Assembly: GCA_965237415.1 (NCBI GenBank)
Contig: CBDEFM010000002.1
Location: forward strand, 256,001-320,000
DNA: 64,000 nt
From: Alphaproteobacteria bacterium
Lineage (GTDB): Bacteria; Pseudomonadota; Alphaproteobacteria; UBA828
Direction of reading: 5' to 3'
Shown: positions 1 to 8,264 of the stretch, piece after piece
Numbering within the stretch: the first letter of the stretch is position 1
Layout: each line of letters begins with the position of its first letter
Notes under the pieces: model-generated
The model's database searches: none
What the model was told of the DNA's origin: nothing
What the model saw: only the letters and a program-made list of their open reading frames with translations
Position numbers and translations under genes: made by a program

Positions 1-375
1 GTCCGCTGGCTGCATGTGAGCCGGAACGAGACCCGCGTGGCGGGAGAGCGGCAGCCGGGCGACTTTCCGCGCAACCGCGTTCACGGTTCGCTTCGCGCGA
101 ACTGGGGCGACGTGACCGCGAGCTGGAACGTTCACGCGGTCTCGAGCTTCTGGAACGCACGCCGGACCGGCCAGTTCGATGGGTGGGTGGGCCACGACAT
201 CACTCTGCGCTGGAGCAACCCACTAGGGCTGACCGGAATGGACCTCACCGGCGGAATTCTCAACGTCACCGACCGCGGACCGAGTATCGATCCCACGGAC
301 CCGGATGCTGTGTTCGCAACGCAGGATTCGATCAGGAGCCGGACGTTCTTCCTGAACGCGACGATGGCGTGGTGA
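1..375 (+). CDS. TonB-dependent outer-membrane receptor, C-terminal part (5' end outside window)
   Basis: Frame open from base 1; amphipathic beta-strand pattern, GILNVTD...P motif, ends RTFFLNATMAW with a terminal aromatic residue. Confidence 0.8.
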   Translation, partial: VRWLHVSRNETRVAGERQPGDFPRNRVHGSLRANWGDVTASWNVHAVSSFWNARRTGQFDGWVGHDITLRWSNPLGLTGMDLTGGILNVTDRGPSIDPTDPDAVFATQDSIRSRTFFLNATMAW

Positions 376-385
376 GAAGTCGGGG

Positions 386-1033
386 CTAATCTCCGGCCCC
401 GCCATCGACCGAAGGCAGGCTCTCGACCGCCTCGACCGGGGTCGCCTGCGCCTCGGCAGCCTGCGCCTCGGCCGCTTGTGCCTGAGCCTGGGCTGCCCGG
501 GCCCGGGCCTGACCATCCCGATAAAGGGCGAGGAAGTCGATCGGCGCGAGCAGAAGCGGCGGGAAGCCGCCGTCGCGGGTGACATCGGCGACGATGCGGC
601 GCGCGAAGGGGAAGATCAGCCGCGGGCACTCGACCAGAAGCGCGGGCTCCAGCGCCTCCTGCGGGATGCCGATGAGCGTGAAGACCCCGGCGTAGGTCAG
701 CTCCACGAGGAAGACGGGCTTTTCCTCATGCCGCGCATTGGCGGTGATCTGCAGATTGACCTCGAAGGTCGTCTCCTCGAGCCTGCGCACCTCGACCTGC
801 ACGTTGACCGTGATATCGGGCGAGCGCTCGGCCTCGGGCGGCCGGTTGGGCGCCGACGGATTCTCGAACGAGAGGTCCTTGACGTACTGGGTCCTGATCC
901 CGAGTTGCGGGCGCGTTTCCTGGGTACTTTGGGTGGCGCCCTGGGCCTCCTGGGCGGCCTGGGCAGTGCCGTCGCCCGGGGCGCCGGATGGCGCCGGTGT
1001 GGGTGTCTCTGTGCCGTTCTCGTCAGCCGTCAT
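386..1033 (-). CDS. secB: Protein-export chaperone SecB
   Basis: QYVKDLSFENP, LLVECPRLIFPFAR, GGFPPLLLAPIDF motifs; ATG at 1033 overlaps the fxsA stop. Confidence 0.95.
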   Translation of the reverse strand: MTADENGTETPTPAPSGAPGDGTAQAAQEAQGATQSTQETRPQLGIRTQYVKDLSFENPSAPNRPPEAERSPDITVNVQVEVRRLEETTFEVNLQITANARHEEKPVFLVELTYAGVFTLIGIPQEALEPALLVECPRLIFPFARRIVADVTRDGGFPPLLLAPIDFLALYRDGQARARAAQAQAQAAEAQAAEAQATPVEAVESLPSVDGGAGD

Positions 1034-1518
1034 CGTTCTCCTCCGTGGGGCCGCGCACTTGGGGGGCCGGGCTCGGGCGCGTCGTCGAGCACTGTATACT
1101 CGCCCTCGATGACCCGCGCACCGTCGGCGGCCGATGCCGGGCCGCCAGCGGAGCCCGCATGACGGGCGTGAGGCGCGAAGCGGGCCAGCAGGCGGCGCAA
1201 TATGCTGCGGCGAATCGGCGGCAACAGCAGCAGGGTCCCCAACGCGTCGGTGAAGAAGCCCGGGGTCAGCAACAACACCGCCGCCACCGCCAGCGCCGCG
1301 CCCTCGGCCATCTCCGCCACGGGAAGCCGGTTCGCAGCCAGCTGTTGGCGCGCCCGCGCCAGTGTCTGGAGACCCTGCCAGCGCAAGATCACGCCGCCGA
1401 CCACGGCGGTGCCGACGATCAGCCCGATGGTCGGCCATGTTCCGATGACGCTCCCGACTTCGAGAAAAATAAAGACCTCGCCGACGGGAATCGCCAACAA
1501 GAGCAGGAGAAAGGGCAT
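1030..1518 (-). CDS. fxsA: FxsA family membrane protein
   Basis: PVGEVFIFLEVG, LLLTPGFFTDALG, VIEGEY motifs; conserved position next to secB. Confidence 0.92.
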   Translation of the reverse strand: MPFLLLLLAIPVGEVFIFLEVGSVIGTWPTIGLIVGTAVVGGVILRWQGLQTLARARQQLAANRLPVAEMAEGAALAVAAVLLLTPGFFTDALGTLLLLPPIRRSILRRLLARFAPHARHAGSAGGPASAADGARVIEGEYTVLDDAPEPGPPSARPHGGER

Positions 1519-1710
1519 AAAGGCGGTGTGCTCCGTGCTTGCGCTTGCGCGGCGCTCTACCTATCTTGAGCCATGTCGGCTCCCCGCGCCGGGCTTCGGC
1601 AGGAATGGCGCCGGGGTCGCCGGCGAGCGCAGACGGTGGGCCCAGGATTCGGTGGCCGTATTCAGTGGCCATTGTGCGACGGAACGCCGCCTGCCCACAA
1701 GGTTCGGGAC

Positions 1711-2505
1711 ATGTCCGACGGATTTCAGTTCTACGACATCATTTTCTTCGCGCTGATCGCGATCTTCATCATTCTGAGATTGCGCGGCGTTCTCGGGCGG
1801 CGGACCGGCCAGCAGCGCCAGCGCCATCCCGATCGTTTCGCCCGGACGGAGACGGAAAAGGCCCCGGAAGAGGGCCAGGTCCAGGGCGAGATCGTCCACC
1901 TGCCGGACCGCAGCCGGCCGGCGCCCGAGGCGCCCCAGGACGTGACGCCGGAGGATGTGTTGGCAGAGGATATGGCGTCGGAGTCCGCTGCGCCGCGGCC
2001 GATACGCGCTGCGCGGAAGGAGGCGGCGCCAGACCAGGACGATGCGATGGGCGGGCTCAGGGCCGGCCTCGAGCAGATCAGGCGGGCGGATCACGAGTTC
2101 TCGCCGCGTCGCTTCATCACAGGCTCACAGGCGGCCTTCGAAATGGTGGTGGAGGCCTTCGCCAATGGCGATACGGCGACGCTCCGGCCCCTGCTGGGCG
2201 ACGATGTCTATGACGAGTTCGCGGCGGCCATCCGCGACCGCTTGGCCGAGGGCCACGCGCAGGAGACGACCATCGTGGCTCTCGATGCGGCCGAGATCAT
2301 CAGTGCCGAGATGCGCGCCAGCACCGCGCGGGTGACGATGAAGTTCGTGAGCCAGCAGATCAACGTGGTGCGGGACAAGGATGGCGAGGAGGTCGGCGGA
2401 GACCCCAGCCTGACCGAGCGGGTTACCGATATCTGGACCTTCGCCCGCAACACCCGCTCGTCCGACCCCAACTGGGCGCTGATAGAGACCAGCATCCCCA
2501 ATTGA
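1711..2505 (+). CDS. Tim44/TimA family protein
   Basis: N-terminal TM followed by LRGVLGRRTG; AFEMVVEAFANGD; DIWTFAR..SSDPNW. Confidence 0.9.
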   Translation: MSDGFQFYDIIFFALIAIFIILRLRGVLGRRTGQQRQRHPDRFARTETEKAPEEGQVQGEIVHLPDRSRPAPEAPQDVTPEDVLAEDMASESAAPRPIRAARKEAAPDQDDAMGGLRAGLEQIRRADHEFSPRRFITGSQAAFEMVVEAFANGDTATLRPLLGDDVYDEFAAAIRDRLAEGHAQETTIVALDAAEIISAEMRASTARVTMKFVSQQINVVRDKDGEEVGGDPSLTERVTDIWTFARNTRSSDPNWALIETSIPN

Positions 2506-3713
2506 GGGCGGTAATCCGGCGCTGGTCGTGGGTGCTGGCGGCCGTCGTGATCCTCATGCAGGGCTGCGCACCCCAACCTGAACGAGCCGAACCCGATCGG
2601 CTGGTGCTGCGGCCCGCCTCGTTCCAGGACTTGCCGGGGTGGGAAGCCGACGACCAGAGCGCGGCGCTTCAGACGCTGCTGCGCTCGTGCGCCGCTCTGC
2701 AAGAACGCGCCGCCGACGAGCCTCTCGATATCGCGCCTCTGGGCGGCCGCGTCGGCGATTGGCGCGGCGTCTGCGCCGAGGCTGCGAGGCTGGAGGGCGC
2801 CGACCAAGCGCGCGGCTTTTTCGAATCGCGCTTCACACCCTATGAGGCGCGCAACAACGCGAAAGTGCAGGGCCTCTTCACCGGCTATTTCGAGCCCGAG
2901 CTGCGGGGTGCCTTGCGGGCGGACGGGCGCTACCGTGTTCCCCTCTATCGCCGTCCACAGGATTTGGTATCGGTGGATCTGGGTCTGTTTCGGCCTGAGT
3001 TCGCCGGCGAGCGGATCGCCGGGCGGGTCGCGGGCGGCGTGCTGGAGCCCTACGCGACGCGGACCGAGATCGACACAGGCGCGCTGGCGGAGCAGGGGCT
3101 GGAGCTTGCCTGGGTCGACGATCCCATCGACGCGTTCTTCCTGCACATTCAGGGCTCGGGCCGCATCGCCTTCGAGGATGGAACGGTGCGTCGCGTTGCC
3201 TACGCCGCCACCAACGGCCACAACTATTTCGCGATCGGCCGCCGGCTGGTCGCGCTCGGCGCATTCAGCCCCGAGGAGGTGTCGATGCCGACGATCCGCG
3301 CGTGGCTGGAAGCGAACCCCGACCGGGCGCCGGAGATCATGCGCGAGAATGCGTCCTACGTTTTCTTCCGCTGGCTCGGCGACGGGCAGGCGGCCGAGGG
3401 CCCGGTCGGCGCCCAGGGGGTGGGGCTCACCGCCGGGCGTTCGCTCGCCGTGGACCGCCGCTTCGTGCCCCTCTCGGTGCCGATCTGGCTCGACAGCGCG
3501 GCCCCCGACCCCGATCCTGCCAAGGAGGATCGCCCCCTCAGGCGCCTCATGGTGGCGCAGGACGCCGGCAGCGCGATCCGCGGCCCGGTCCGCGGTGATG
3601 TCTATTGGGGTACGGGCGACGAAGCCGGAGCGGTCGCCGGGCGCATGAAGCATGAGGGGCGCTACTGGCTGTTCCTGCCGCGCGGTCTCGACGTGACGGC
3701 GCACCTCGACTAA
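2502..3713 (+). CDS. mltA: Membrane-bound lytic murein transglycosylase A
   Basis: Lipobox QGC, FTGYFEP, FFLHIQGSG, AQDAGSAIRGPVRGDVYWG (3D domain). Confidence 0.93.
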   Translation: MRAVIRRWSWVLAAVVILMQGCAPQPERAEPDRLVLRPASFQDLPGWEADDQSAALQTLLRSCAALQERAADEPLDIAPLGGRVGDWRGVCAEAARLEGADQARGFFESRFTPYEARNNAKVQGLFTGYFEPELRGALRADGRYRVPLYRRPQDLVSVDLGLFRPEFAGERIAGRVAGGVLEPYATRTEIDTGALAEQGLELAWVDDPIDAFFLHIQGSGRIAFEDGTVRRVAYAATNGHNYFAIGRRLVALGAFSPEEVSMPTIRAWLEANPDRAPEIMRENASYVFFRWLGDGQAAEGPVGAQGVGLTAGRSLAVDRRFVPLSVPIWLDSAAPDPDPAKEDRPLRRLMVAQDAGSAIRGPVRGDVYWGTGDEAGAVAGRMKHEGRYWLFLPRGLDVTAHLD

Positions 3714-3749
3714 TCTCTCGATCCCTTTTCCCAAGTCATCGAGCCGTCG

Positions 3750-4523
3750 ATGCCCGCAACACCCCGCCGGGTCGGCCTCTTCGTGACATGCCTCGTCGAC
3801 CTGTTCCGGCCGACGGTGGGTTTCGCCGCGGCGGCGTTGCTGGAGCGCGCCGGCTGCGAGGTGATCGTGCCGGCGGCGCAAGTCTGCTGCGGTCAGCCTG
3901 CCTACAACTCGGGCGACCGCGCCGATGCGAAGGCGATCGCCCGTGACGTGATCGCCGCGTTTGAGCCCTTCGATGCGACGGTGGCGCCGTCGGGTTCCTG
4001 CGCCGGCATGATAAAGCGCCACTACCCGTCGCTCTTCGCCGGCGATGCGGTCTGGGAGCCGCGGGCACAGCGCCTCGCCGCGCGCACCTTCGAGCTGGTG
4101 TCGTTCCTCACCGATCAGTGCGGTGTCGAAAGGGTGGACGCGCGTCACCAAGGGCGGGTCACCTACCACGATTCGTGTTCGAGCCTGCGCGAGCTCGGCA
4201 TCCGGGCACAGCCGCGGCGTCTGCTCGGCAGCGTCGACGGGCTGGAGCTTGCCGAGCTTTCGGCTCCGGATGTCTGCTGCGGCTTCGGGGGCACGTTCTG
4301 CGTCAAGTATCCCGACATCTCGGGCCGCATGGTGGCGGACAAGGCCAAGGACATCGCCGCCACCGGTGCGGACACGGTGCTCGCCGGAGATTTGGGCTGC
4401 CTGCTCAACATCGCGGGCCGCTTGTCGCGCGAGGGCTCGGCCGTGCGCGTGCGCCATGTCGCCGAGGTGCTGGCGGGCATGGACGATCGCCCGGCGATCG
4501 GCGAGCCGGCGCGGGGCCGCTGA
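3750..4523 (+). CDS. lutA: L-lactate utilisation protein LutA/LldE (CCG domain)
   Basis: FVTCLVD, CCGQPAYNSG, YHDSC, CCGFGGTF. Confidence 0.9.
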   Translation: MPATPRRVGLFVTCLVDLFRPTVGFAAAALLERAGCEVIVPAAQVCCGQPAYNSGDRADAKAIARDVIAAFEPFDATVAPSGSCAGMIKRHYPSLFAGDAVWEPRAQRLAARTFELVSFLTDQCGVERVDARHQGRVTYHDSCSSLRELGIRAQPRRLLGSVDGLELAELSAPDVCCGFGGTFCVKYPDISGRMVADKAKDIAATGADTVLAGDLGCLLNIAGRLSREGSAVRVRHVAEVLAGMDDRPAIGEPARGR

Positions 4524-4546
4524 GGGCCACGCAGGGGCATCGGGCG

Positions 4547-5965
4547 ATGGACGCGACCAGCCGCACCTTCGTGGCCAACGCGCGTGCCGCGCTGCAGGAC
4601 GCCGCGCTGCAGACGTCGCTCGCACGCTTTCAGGGCGGCTTTCAGGTCAAGCGGGCCGAGGCCGCGAAGCGCCTGCCGGAGTTCGAGGCGCTGCGCGACC
4701 AGGCGCGGGACATCAAGGACCACACTCTCGCACATCTCGACCACTACCTGGAGCGCTACGAGGCGCAGGTGACGGCGGCCGGCGGCACCGTACACTGGTG
4801 TCAGACGCCGGAAGAGGCGCGCCGGGTCATCCTCTCGCTCTGCCAGGCGGTCGACGCCAAGACGGTGACCAAGAGCAAGTCCATGATCGCCGAGGAGTTA
4901 GAGCTCAACCCGTTCCTCGAAGAGCATGGCATCGAGCCGGTGGAGACCGATCTCGGCGAATACGTCGTGCAGCTCGCCGACGAGCGGCCGAGCCACATCA
5001 TCGCGCCGGCGGTGCACAAGACCAAGGATCAGGTCGCCGACCTCTTTCATGAGAAGCACACGCCGCTCGGCCGCACCCGCCGCCTCGACCGGGTCGAGGA
5101 GCTGGTGGAGGAGGCCCGGGAGGTACTACGCCCGCGTTATCTCGCGGCCGATGTCGGGATCACGGGCGCGAACTTCCTGATCGCGGAGACCGGATCCAGC
5201 GCGGTCGTGACCAACGAGGGCAACGCGGACCTCACCCAGATCCTGCCGCGCGTCCACATCGTGATCGCGACGCTGGAAAAGGTGGTGCCGACGCTGGAGG
5301 ATGCGACCACGATCATGCGCGTGCTCGCGCGCTCCGCCACCGGGCAGGAGTTCTCCACCTATACGACGGTCTCGACCGGCCCGCGCCGGCCGGGCGATGC
5401 CGACGGCCCCGACGCCTATCACGTGGTGCTGCTCGACAACGGCCGCTCGCGGATTCTGGGCTCCGAATTCCGCGAGGTGCTCCGCTGCATCAAGTGCGGT
5501 GCCTGCATGAACCACTGCCCGGTGTACGGCACGGTAGGCGGCCACGCCTACGGCTGGGTCTATCCGGGGCCGGTGGGCGCGGTGCTGACGCCGAACCTGA
5601 TCGGCCTCGAAGAGGCACGCCACCTCCCCAACGCATCGAGCTTCTGCGGCCGCTGCGAGGAGGTCTGCCCGATGCGCATTCCGCTGCCGGCGCTGATGCG
5701 CACGCTCAGGGAGCAGGAGTTCGAGCGGCGCCTTAGCCCGGCTGCCGTTCGGACCGGGATCGGCGCCTGGGCCTGGCTCGCCCGGCGGCCGGCGCTCTAC
5801 CGGCTCGTGACGGGCGTTGCCATCCGCGTGTTGGGCATGCTCGGCCGCCGCCGCGGGCGCTTCACGCAGCTGCCGCTCGCAGGCGGCTGGACCGCCGCGC
5901 GCGATTTGCCGGCACCCGAAGGGGCGACCTTCCACGCGCTTTGGCGCAAGAGGCGGCGGGCATGA
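4547..5965 (+). CDS. lutB: L-lactate utilisation Fe-S protein LutB/LldF
   Basis: KSKSM..EE, ETDLGEY, VTNEGN, CIKCGACMNHCP and CGRCEEVCP ferredoxin motifs. Confidence 0.93.
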   Translation: MDATSRTFVANARAALQDAALQTSLARFQGGFQVKRAEAAKRLPEFEALRDQARDIKDHTLAHLDHYLERYEAQVTAAGGTVHWCQTPEEARRVILSLCQAVDAKTVTKSKSMIAEELELNPFLEEHGIEPVETDLGEYVVQLADERPSHIIAPAVHKTKDQVADLFHEKHTPLGRTRRLDRVEELVEEAREVLRPRYLAADVGITGANFLIAETGSSAVVTNEGNADLTQILPRVHIVIATLEKVVPTLEDATTIMRVLARSATGQEFSTYTTVSTGPRRPGDADGPDAYHVVLLDNGRSRILGSEFREVLRCIKCGACMNHCPVYGTVGGHAYGWVYPGPVGAVLTPNLIGLEEARHLPNASSFCGRCEEVCPMRIPLPALMRTLREQEFERRLSPAAVRTGIGAWAWLARRPALYRLVTGVAIRVLGMLGRRRGRFTQLPLAGGWTAARDLPAPEGATFHALWRKRRRA

Positions 5966-6666
5966 GCGGGGCAGGGGCGCGCGATGCCATCTTCGGCTCG
6001 ATCCGCCGGTCGCTCGGCCGCGGGCCCTTGGACGAGGCGGCGCGCGCCGCGCTCGACGAGCGCCTGGCCAAGCCCGTGCCCAACCTCGTGCCGGCGCGTA
6101 CCGACATTTCGGGGGACGAGAGGATTGCGCTCTTCGCCTCAATGGCCGAGAGCGTGTTCGCGACCGTGGAGCGCGTCTCCGGACCCGACGCGGTGCCCGG
6201 GGCCGTCGCCGACTATCTGGCGGGACAGAACCTGCCGCCGTCGCTGGTAATGGCGCCCGATCCAGCGCTCGATGCCTATCCGTGGGCAGACCGCCCCATG
6301 CTCGCCATCCGCCGGGGCGCGGCGGAGGAGGCCGATCGCGTCTCCGTGACCGGCGCCCTCATGGGCTTCGCCGAGACCGGGACCCTGATGATGGCCTCCG
6401 GCCCTGACCACCCGTCCACGCTCAACTTCTTGCCGGAGACGCACATCGTGGTGCTGCCGGCGGAGCGGATCGGCGGCGCCTACGAGGAGGGCTGGGCACA
6501 CTTGCGGGCCGAAGGGGTGGGCGCCACGGATGGCAATTTCATGCCGCGCACGGTCAACCTCATCACCGGCCCGTCGCGCACCGCCGATATCGAGCAAACC
6601 ATCACACTCGGCGCCCACGGGCCGCGCCGGCTGCACATCGTCATCGTGGAAGGCGGAGCTCCGTGA
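5962..6666 (+). CDS. lutC: Lactate utilisation protein LutC/LldG (LUD domain)
   Basis: AETGTL, LPETHIV, ITGPSRTADIEQTITLGAHGP. Confidence 0.92.
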   Translation: MSGAGARDAIFGSIRRSLGRGPLDEAARAALDERLAKPVPNLVPARTDISGDERIALFASMAESVFATVERVSGPDAVPGAVADYLAGQNLPPSLVMAPDPALDAYPWADRPMLAIRRGAAEEADRVSVTGALMGFAETGTLMMASGPDHPSTLNFLPETHIVVLPAERIGGAYEEGWAHLRAEGVGATDGNFMPRTVNLITGPSRTADIEQTITLGAHGPRRLHIVIVEGGAP

Positions 6667-7256
6667 GCGTCGGCGGCAGACGCGTGCGGGACGAGGAGGC
6701 GGCACTCTGGCAGCGCATCGCGCGCGACGTGACTCCGCTCCCCCGCGGAGCCGTGGCATTGGAAGAAGCGGAGGTGCCGGAGGAGGAGATACCGCCGCCG
6801 CCACCGAAGAAGATCAAGGCGCCTCGTCGCGCGGCGCCTGCGGCGGCCCCGTCGCCGCCCCGCCCGCCGGCGCTCCCCGACCTCAACCCGGTGACGCCCG
6901 CGGGCCTCGACCGGCGCACCGCGCGGCGCCTGAAGCGCGGGCAGCTCGCCGTCGAGGCGCGGCTCGACCTCCACGGCAGAACGCAAGATCAGGCGCACGA
7001 CGCGCTCAAAAGCTTCATCCAGGAGAGCCGCATGGCGCGCCGCCGCTGCGTGCTGGTCATCACTGGCAAGGGCTCGGTCGCGAGTGGCAAGGGCGGCGTG
7101 CTGCGTCAGATGGTGCCGCGCTGGCTCAACGAACCGGCGCTGCGCCGGCACATCATCGCCATCACCAACGCGCCCGAGAGCAGCGGCGGCGCCGGCGCGC
7201 TCTACGTGCTGCTCAAGAGCCGGGAGCCCTTCGACCCCGACCGTGGCGCCGGATGA
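6663..7256 (+). CDS. Smr/MutS2 domain protein
   Basis: LDLHGRT, VLVITGKG, GGAGALYVLL. Confidence 0.92.
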   Translation: MSVGGRRVRDEEAALWQRIARDVTPLPRGAVALEEAEVPEEEIPPPPPKKIKAPRRAAPAAAPSPPRPPALPDLNPVTPAGLDRRTARRLKRGQLAVEARLDLHGRTQDQAHDALKSFIQESRMARRRCVLVITGKGSVASGKGGVLRQMVPRWLNEPALRRHIIAITNAPESSGGAGALYVLLKSREPFDPDRGAG

Positions 7257-7638
7257 GCCGAAATCCCCGGCCGTGGGGGAGGGGCTTATCGCCTTCCTCG
7301 ACCGGCTGGCGCGGCGCCTTGCAGTCGAAGTGCACACGCTCTGGCTGGTGTTTCGCCACCGCGAGACGCCCTGGCCGGTCAAGGCGGTCTTGATCCTGCT
7401 CCTCGCTTATCTCGCAAGCCCCATCGACCTCATCCCCGATGTCATTCCCGTGCTCGGAATGCTCGACGACCTCGCAGTGGCGGCGGTCGCGCTCTGGTTC
7501 GCCTATCGGCTGACGCCACCCCACGTGATGGAGGAATGCCGCGCCAAGGCCAGCGAGGCGGCTGCGGGGCGGGAGGGCTGGGTTTCGCGGCTCTGGCGCA
7601 AGCTTACCGGCCAAGATCGGCCCGATGGCGGAAGCTGA
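7243..7638 (+). CDS. YkvA/DUF1232 family membrane protein
   Basis: YLASPIDLIPDVIPVLGMLDD motif; start uncertain (GTG 7243 or 7273). Confidence 0.85.
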   Translation: MAPDEPKSPAVGEGLIAFLDRLARRLAVEVHTLWLVFRHRETPWPVKAVLILLLAYLASPIDLIPDVIPVLGMLDDLAVAAVALWFAYRLTPPHVMEECRAKASEAAAGREGWVSRLWRKLTGQDRPDGGS

Positions 7639-7791
7639 TGGCCGCCGCCGCCGGCCGCGAAAATCACAAAAGAGTCATACCAATAGCCGCCCTTGTCATC
7701 GCCCAACCCATCGGGCAGATTGCCGCCGATTCCGCCGGCCGCACCCTTTAGCGGCGGAGGGAGCGGCGGGACGCGCGTTAGGGAGGAAAGG

Positions 7792-8220
7792 ATGCGACCG
7801 AATATCCCCGAGGAAACCGGCATTCAGCTCGACCAGGGCAGAGCCTCGACCGACGACTTCATCACCCGCACCTACGTGCTGCCGCTGCTCACCGATCCGG
7901 CCACGCGCGAGCGCCTGATCGAGGAGCACCGGAACAACCCGGTCGGCAAGCCCGGCAAGGCCGGCAAGGCCGGCGTCGGCCACAGCCCCGATCTCATCAC
8001 GGTGATCGACAAGCTGCGCCGCGCGCCCATGACCGGCAAGTACGTGCGGATCTGCACCAAGCCGCGTGAGGAATACCGCATCGGCATCACCTCCGGCGTG
8101 CGCGGGGAGCCGGTCAAGATCCTGGAGGACGAGACCTATCCGAGCGAGGACGCGTGCGAGCACGCGATCTTCGTCAAGCGCGTTCACGACCTCCTGGCGC
8201 TGTACGGCTACGGCGCGTAG
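7792..8220 (+). CDS. dmfA1: N,N-dimethylformamidase small (alpha) subunit-like protein
   Basis: GGAGG RBS; IEEH..NP.G, GKY, EEYRI, HAIFVKRV resemble the recalled Paracoccus DmfA1; directly upstream of the large subunit. Confidence 0.8.
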   Translation: MRPNIPEETGIQLDQGRASTDDFITRTYVLPLLTDPATRERLIEEHRNNPVGKPGKAGKAGVGHSPDLITVIDKLRRAPMTGKYVRICTKPREEYRIGITSGVRGEPVKILEDETYPSEDACEHAIFVKRVHDLLALYGYGA

Positions 8221-8264
8221 ACGCCCGCTTTTAATTCGACGAACACACGGTTGGGAGACACGAC

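Noticed and set aside
430-510. AQAQAQAAEAQAAEAQA repeat at the SecB C-terminus
   Set aside because: Low-complexity disordered tail, not a separate repeat element
2208-4625. Long antisense and alternate-frame ORFs (e.g. 2208-4625, 8208-10859, 25627-27930, 27515-29743, 36850-38907, 40817-43024, 49173-51767, 51707-53692)
   Set aside because: Shadow ORFs of well-supported genes in high-GC DNA; Arg/Ala/Gly-rich and without family motifs
7945-7974. GGCAAG(C/G)CC triple repeat (GKPGKAGKAG) in the DMFase small subunit
   Set aside because: Short in-frame loop expansion with no evidence of phase variation
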